Below are positions 29,102-32,000 of a DNA stretch of 32,000 nucleotides, in pieces. The DNA is from Methanothermus fervidus DSM 2088 (lineage in GTDB: Archaea; Methanobacteriota; Methanobacteria; DSM-2088; Methanothermaceae). The translations under genes and the position numbers were made by a program. The notes beneath the pieces are model-generated. The model was not told where the DNA came from, searched no databases, and was given only the letters and a program-made list of their open reading frames with translations. Location: assembly GCA_000166095.1 (NCBI GenBank), contig CP002278.1, forward strand, positions 30,001 through 62,000, read 5' to 3'. The number at the start of each line of letters is the position of its first letter. Within the stretch, counting starts at the first letter, position 1.

Positions 29102-29890
29102 TTATTTCAATTGTATTAATACGGAAGTATTATTAACTTTTCCTGATGGTAATATAAGGCCTTTTTTTACAAACCCTTTAGTATATTCTTCCTTGACTGG
29201 TGAATAGAGAATTGCACGCATGCCTGTGTATGTCCTATAAATTATCCTTGTTTTCGGACTTACATATTTTTTTACATTTTTAAAAACTCTTTTTTTAGGT
29301 TCTGCAAGAGCAGCTATTATTACGATGTCAAAGTTTAGATTTTTTAATGCAGTTTCATCACCACATACTACTTTTATTTCATTGCTAAGACCTAATTTCT
29401 CAAGAACTTTTTTAGATTTTTCAGCTAATTTTGGAACTATTTCTATACTAACACCTTTCATCGAAAATAACTTATTTGTCAAAATAAGTGTTAGAGGTAA
29501 AGGACCTCCACCTATAAACACAATTCTATCATCTGAATTGTATTTTGCAAGCATTGCTTCATTTTGTACTAATTTCACATACCTATCATAAAAATAAAAT
29601 GATTTCAATGTTTTCCAAGGGTCATCAGAATTAATAACCTTTTCAGCATGCTCAATTTCCATTTGGACACTCATTTTGTTGTAAAAATTATAGATAACAT
29701 TTAAAGCCTTAGACATGAATTTATTTTTAAATATATGTTGTGCTTCATCAAAACTAATTGTATTGTCATGTGCTATTTTCTCTAGAGATTTTAAAATTGA
29801 AAATCTAACGTCTTTAGGTACATTCCCATTATATTTTTTTATAGTATCTGCAATTTCAAGTATTTTACCCCAATATTTATAACATGTCAC
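29102..29890 (-). CDS. Nicotianamine synthase-like protein (thermonicotianamine synthase family)
   Basis: 262 aa: DDRIVFIGGGPLPLTLILTNKLFSMKGVSIEIVP (SAM-binding region), VVCGDETALKNLNFDIVIIAALAEPKKRVFKNVKKYVSPKTRIIYRTYTGMRAILYSPV. Confidence 0.82.
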   Translation of the reverse strand: MTCYKYWGKILEIADTIKKYNGNVPKDVRFSILKSLEKIAHDNTISFDEAQHIFKNKFMSKALNVIYNFYNKMSVQMEIEHAEKVINSDDPWKTLKSFYFYDRYVKLVQNEAMLAKYNSDDRIVFIGGGPLPLTLILTNKLFSMKGVSIEIVPKLAEKSKKVLEKLGLSNEIKVVCGDETALKNLNFDIVIIAALAEPKKRVFKNVKKYVSPKTRIIYRTYTGMRAILYSPVKEEYTKGFVKKGLILPSGKVNNTSVLIQLK

Positions 29891-30184
29891 CTAAATCTCC
29901 TCAAATCCATGTTTTCTAACATATTTATCAATTTCTTTATAGACATGTTTTATTGCATTATCAATAATTGTTTTTGGATCATGCCTTGAAATTGGATTTA
30001 AATAAAGTTCTGCATCCACATTGATATCTAATGTTTTTCCATGTTTAACATCAACATTTATTTGAAAATCAAGAATTTCTTTTTTAGGAACTTTTTTCAT
30101 TATATAACCCTGCACAGAATCTGAAATAAATTCTGCAATCTTCTCTATTTCTTTGTTACTGATTTTTAATTTTCGGTGTTCCAT
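29891..30184 (-). CDS. DUF3194-like small archaeal protein
   Basis: 97 aa: PKKEILDFQINVDVKHGKTLDINVDAELYLNPI; assignment by resemblance. Confidence 0.6.
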   Translation of the reverse strand: MEHRKLKISNKEIEKIAEFISDSVQGYIMKKVPKKEILDFQINVDVKHGKTLDINVDAELYLNPISRHDPKTIIDNAIKHVYKEIDKYVRKHGFEEI

Positions 30185-30194
30185 GTTTTAAAAT

Positions 30195-30992
30195 TTATTT
30201 TTCCTTAGTAATATGTGTAATTATAAATAATATAGCTAATACTAAAACTATTGTTGCTCCAGAAGACAAGTTAAGTAAGTATGATAGTTCTAGTCCGATA
30301 AGTGAAGAAATTATTGCAATAAAGGCTGCTATTTTCATCATTGATTCTATTCTTGAAGTATATTTCTTACCTATTGCTGCAGGAATCGTTAGTAGTGCTA
30401 TCGTTAAAATTATACCCATAGCTTTTATAATCATTATTATGCTTATTGCCACAAGGTTCAAAAGAAATAAATAAAATATTGTTGTAGGAACTCCCAAAGC
30501 TTCTGCATATTCTTCATCAAAAGATATAGCTGTAAATTCTTTATTAAATAAAAAGACAGTTGTTAAAATTATTGTATCAAGTATTGTCATTAAAATTAAG
30601 TCTGATTTACTAATCATTAAAATATTTCCAAAAAGATATGTAAAGAGTCCTGATACATAACCGGGTGTTAAATTTACAAATAATATTCCAATTGCCATTC
30701 CAACTGCCCATAATATCCCAATTACGACATCTTCACTAACATCGCTTTTTTCAACAATTATGCCCATCATTGTTGCTAATACTGAAGTAAAAGGTAAAGA
30801 AGTTAATATTGGATTTAAATTTAAAAAATAACCCAGCCCAATTCCTCCAAATGCTGCATGTGATATTCCACCAGCAATAAAAACTATCCTTTTAACAACT
30901 ACATAAGTTCCTATAATTCCACATGCGATTCCAGCTAAAAATGCACCAATTATTGCATTTTGCATAAATTGACATTGTATGACACTGAACAT
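30195..30992 (-). CDS. znuB: Zinc/manganese-type ABC transporter permease (ABC-3 family)
   Basis: 265 aa: MQNAIIGAFLAGIACGIIGTYVVVKRIVFIAGGISHAAFGGIGLGYFL; multi-TM. Confidence 0.88.
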   Translation of the reverse strand: MFSVIQCQFMQNAIIGAFLAGIACGIIGTYVVVKRIVFIAGGISHAAFGGIGLGYFLNLNPILTSLPFTSVLATMMGIIVEKSDVSEDVVIGILWAVGMAIGILFVNLTPGYVSGLFTYLFGNILMISKSDLILMTILDTIILTTVFLFNKEFTAISFDEEYAEALGVPTTIFYLFLLNLVAISIIMIIKAMGIILTIALLTIPAAIGKKYTSRIESMMKIAAFIAIISSLIGLELSYLLNLSSGATIVLVLAILFIITHITKEK

Positions 30993-31004
30993 CTTATATA
31001 CCGC

Positions 31005-31754
31005 CTAATGTTTTTTGGAAATTTCATGAGGAACTTCATGAAAAACAATGTTAACAGGGCACTTGTAAAGTTCTTCAATACTTTTTAATACTTCTTTAGG
31101 ATCATCATGTACGAAAATCCTTCTGTTGAGGCATGCAATTTTCTTAACATGTTTTGAAACTACACCCACATCATGAGAAACGAGTATTATCGTCATTTTT
31201 CTATTTATTTTATTTAATAACTTATAAAACGAATTTCTAGTTCCAGGATCAATACTAGCTGTTGGTTCATCTAATAACAATAATTTAGGTTCCCTAACAA
31301 GAGCTCTAGCTAGAAATACTCTTTGTATTTGTCCACCAGATAAATCGTTTATATTTTTGTCTCTTAAGTTCCATACACCTAATTTTTTAAGCCATTTTTC
31401 TACAGTTTTAATATCTTTTTCTGAATATCTTTTTAAAGGACCAGGATAACGACCCATTAGTACAGTTTCAAAAACTGTTATTGGGAAATCATAATTATAA
31501 TGAGTAATTTGAGGCATATAACCAATATTTTTTCTTGCTAATTCAGGTGGCTTGCCAAATACTTTTACAACGCCTTTACATGGTTTTATTAGTCCTACTA
31601 TTAATTTTAATAAAGTTGTTTTTCCACCACCATTAGGTCCAATTATTGCTAAAAAATCATTTTTTTCTACCTTTAAATTTATATTTTCTAGCACGATTTT
31701 ACCACTAATCTCATAATACACATTTTTCATCTCTACTACTGTTGAATTATTCAT
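31005..31754 (-). CDS. znuC: Zinc/manganese-type ABC transporter ATP-binding protein
   Basis: 249 aa: IIGPNGGGKTTLLKLI, NLSGGQIQRVFLARAL, LLLDEPTASIDPG. Confidence 0.92.
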   Translation of the reverse strand: MNNSTVVEMKNVYYEISGKIVLENINLKVEKNDFLAIIGPNGGGKTTLLKLIVGLIKPCKGVVKVFGKPPELARKNIGYMPQITHYNYDFPITVFETVLMGRYPGPLKRYSEKDIKTVEKWLKKLGVWNLRDKNINDLSGGQIQRVFLARALVREPKLLLLDEPTASIDPGTRNSFYKLLNKINRKMTIILVSHDVGVVSKHVKKIACLNRRIFVHDDPKEVLKSIEELYKCPVNIVFHEVPHEISKKH

Positions 31755-32000
31755 GTTTTAATGCCTCTAAAACTTTGTACATATTTTCTACATAATTTTC
31801 TGCTAAAGGGTCTATAACAATAATTTTAGCTCCAATTTCTTTTGCTATAACTTTAGAATTTTCTTTGTTTGTTAATGGTGTAATAAAGATTGTCTTTATT
31901 TGGTATCTTTTCGCTTCATTTATTATTTCTTTAATAGTTTCCGGATTAGGTTCTTTTCCTTCTTTTTCAATAGCTATTTGCTTTAATCCATAATCGTGAC
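31747..32000 (-). CDS. znuA: Metal ABC transporter substrate-binding protein, C-terminal part (partial at window edge)
   Basis: Minus-strand open frame ending ...IGAKIIVIDPLAENYVENMYKVLEALKHE-stop (TAA 31747-31749), overlapping the znuC start; characteristic C-terminus of ZnuA/TroA-type proteins. Confidence 0.75.
   Translation of the reverse strand, partial: HDYGLKQIAIEKEGKEPNPETIKEIINEAKRYQIKTIFITPLTNKENSKVIAKEIGAKIIVIDPLAENYVENMYKVLEALKHE

Noticed and set aside
893-29591. Many plus-strand ORFs of 60-240 codons antisense to annotated genes (for example 893..1090, 2942..3280, 18382..19092, 19711..20127), and minus-strand ones under plus-strand genes (for example 15059..15262, 26482..26985)
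   Set aside because: They lie opposite strongly supported conserved genes, lack recognisable domains and show low-complexity antisense composition (Ser/Phe/Ile-rich shadows).
1-32000. CRISPR arrays, toxin-antitoxin modules, transposases or prophage genes
   Set aside because: No regularly spaced direct repeats or recognisable mobile/defence genes were seen by eye; the intein is the only mobile element-like feature. A CRISPR/IS scan would confirm.

Overview
The window is an AT-rich archaeal chromosome segment. It most resembles a hydrogenotrophic methanogen of the Methanobacteriales type, judging from methanogenesis marker protein 12, the korDABC + sucC cluster, MCM next to aIF2-beta, a thermonicotianamine-synthase-like gene, a DUF3194-like gene and Thg1. 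That placement is inference and was not database-checked. Nearly all of it is compact housekeeping gene content. I saw no CRISPR array, rRNA, tRNA or transposase by eye. Gene order: (1) minus-strand block korD-korA-korB-korC-sucC-HTH/cupin regulator-acyl-CoA synthetase-DUF5814-like helicase-partial trypsin-like protease. (2) taw1 divergent from a peroxiredoxin/superoxide reductase pair. (3) A TRAM-domain gene preceded by a GC-elevated, structured ~170-nt leader. (4) PRC-barrel-aspartate dehydrogenase-Thg1-JAMM peptidase operon. (5) mcm carrying a 400-aa intein, then aIF2-beta. (6) kdpABC. (7) purD-argF divergent from ilvBNC plus marker 12. (8) znuA(partial)-znuC-znuB-DUF3194-like-nicotianamine synthase-like-LSm. 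The strongest candidates for something under-described are the structured TRAM leader, whose predicted terminal helix covers the putative ribosome-binding site and includes a small overlapping uORF; the nicotianamine-synthase/ZnuABC gene cluster; the helicase-protease pair; and the MCM intein with Ser1 and an apparently decayed LAGLIDADG motif.
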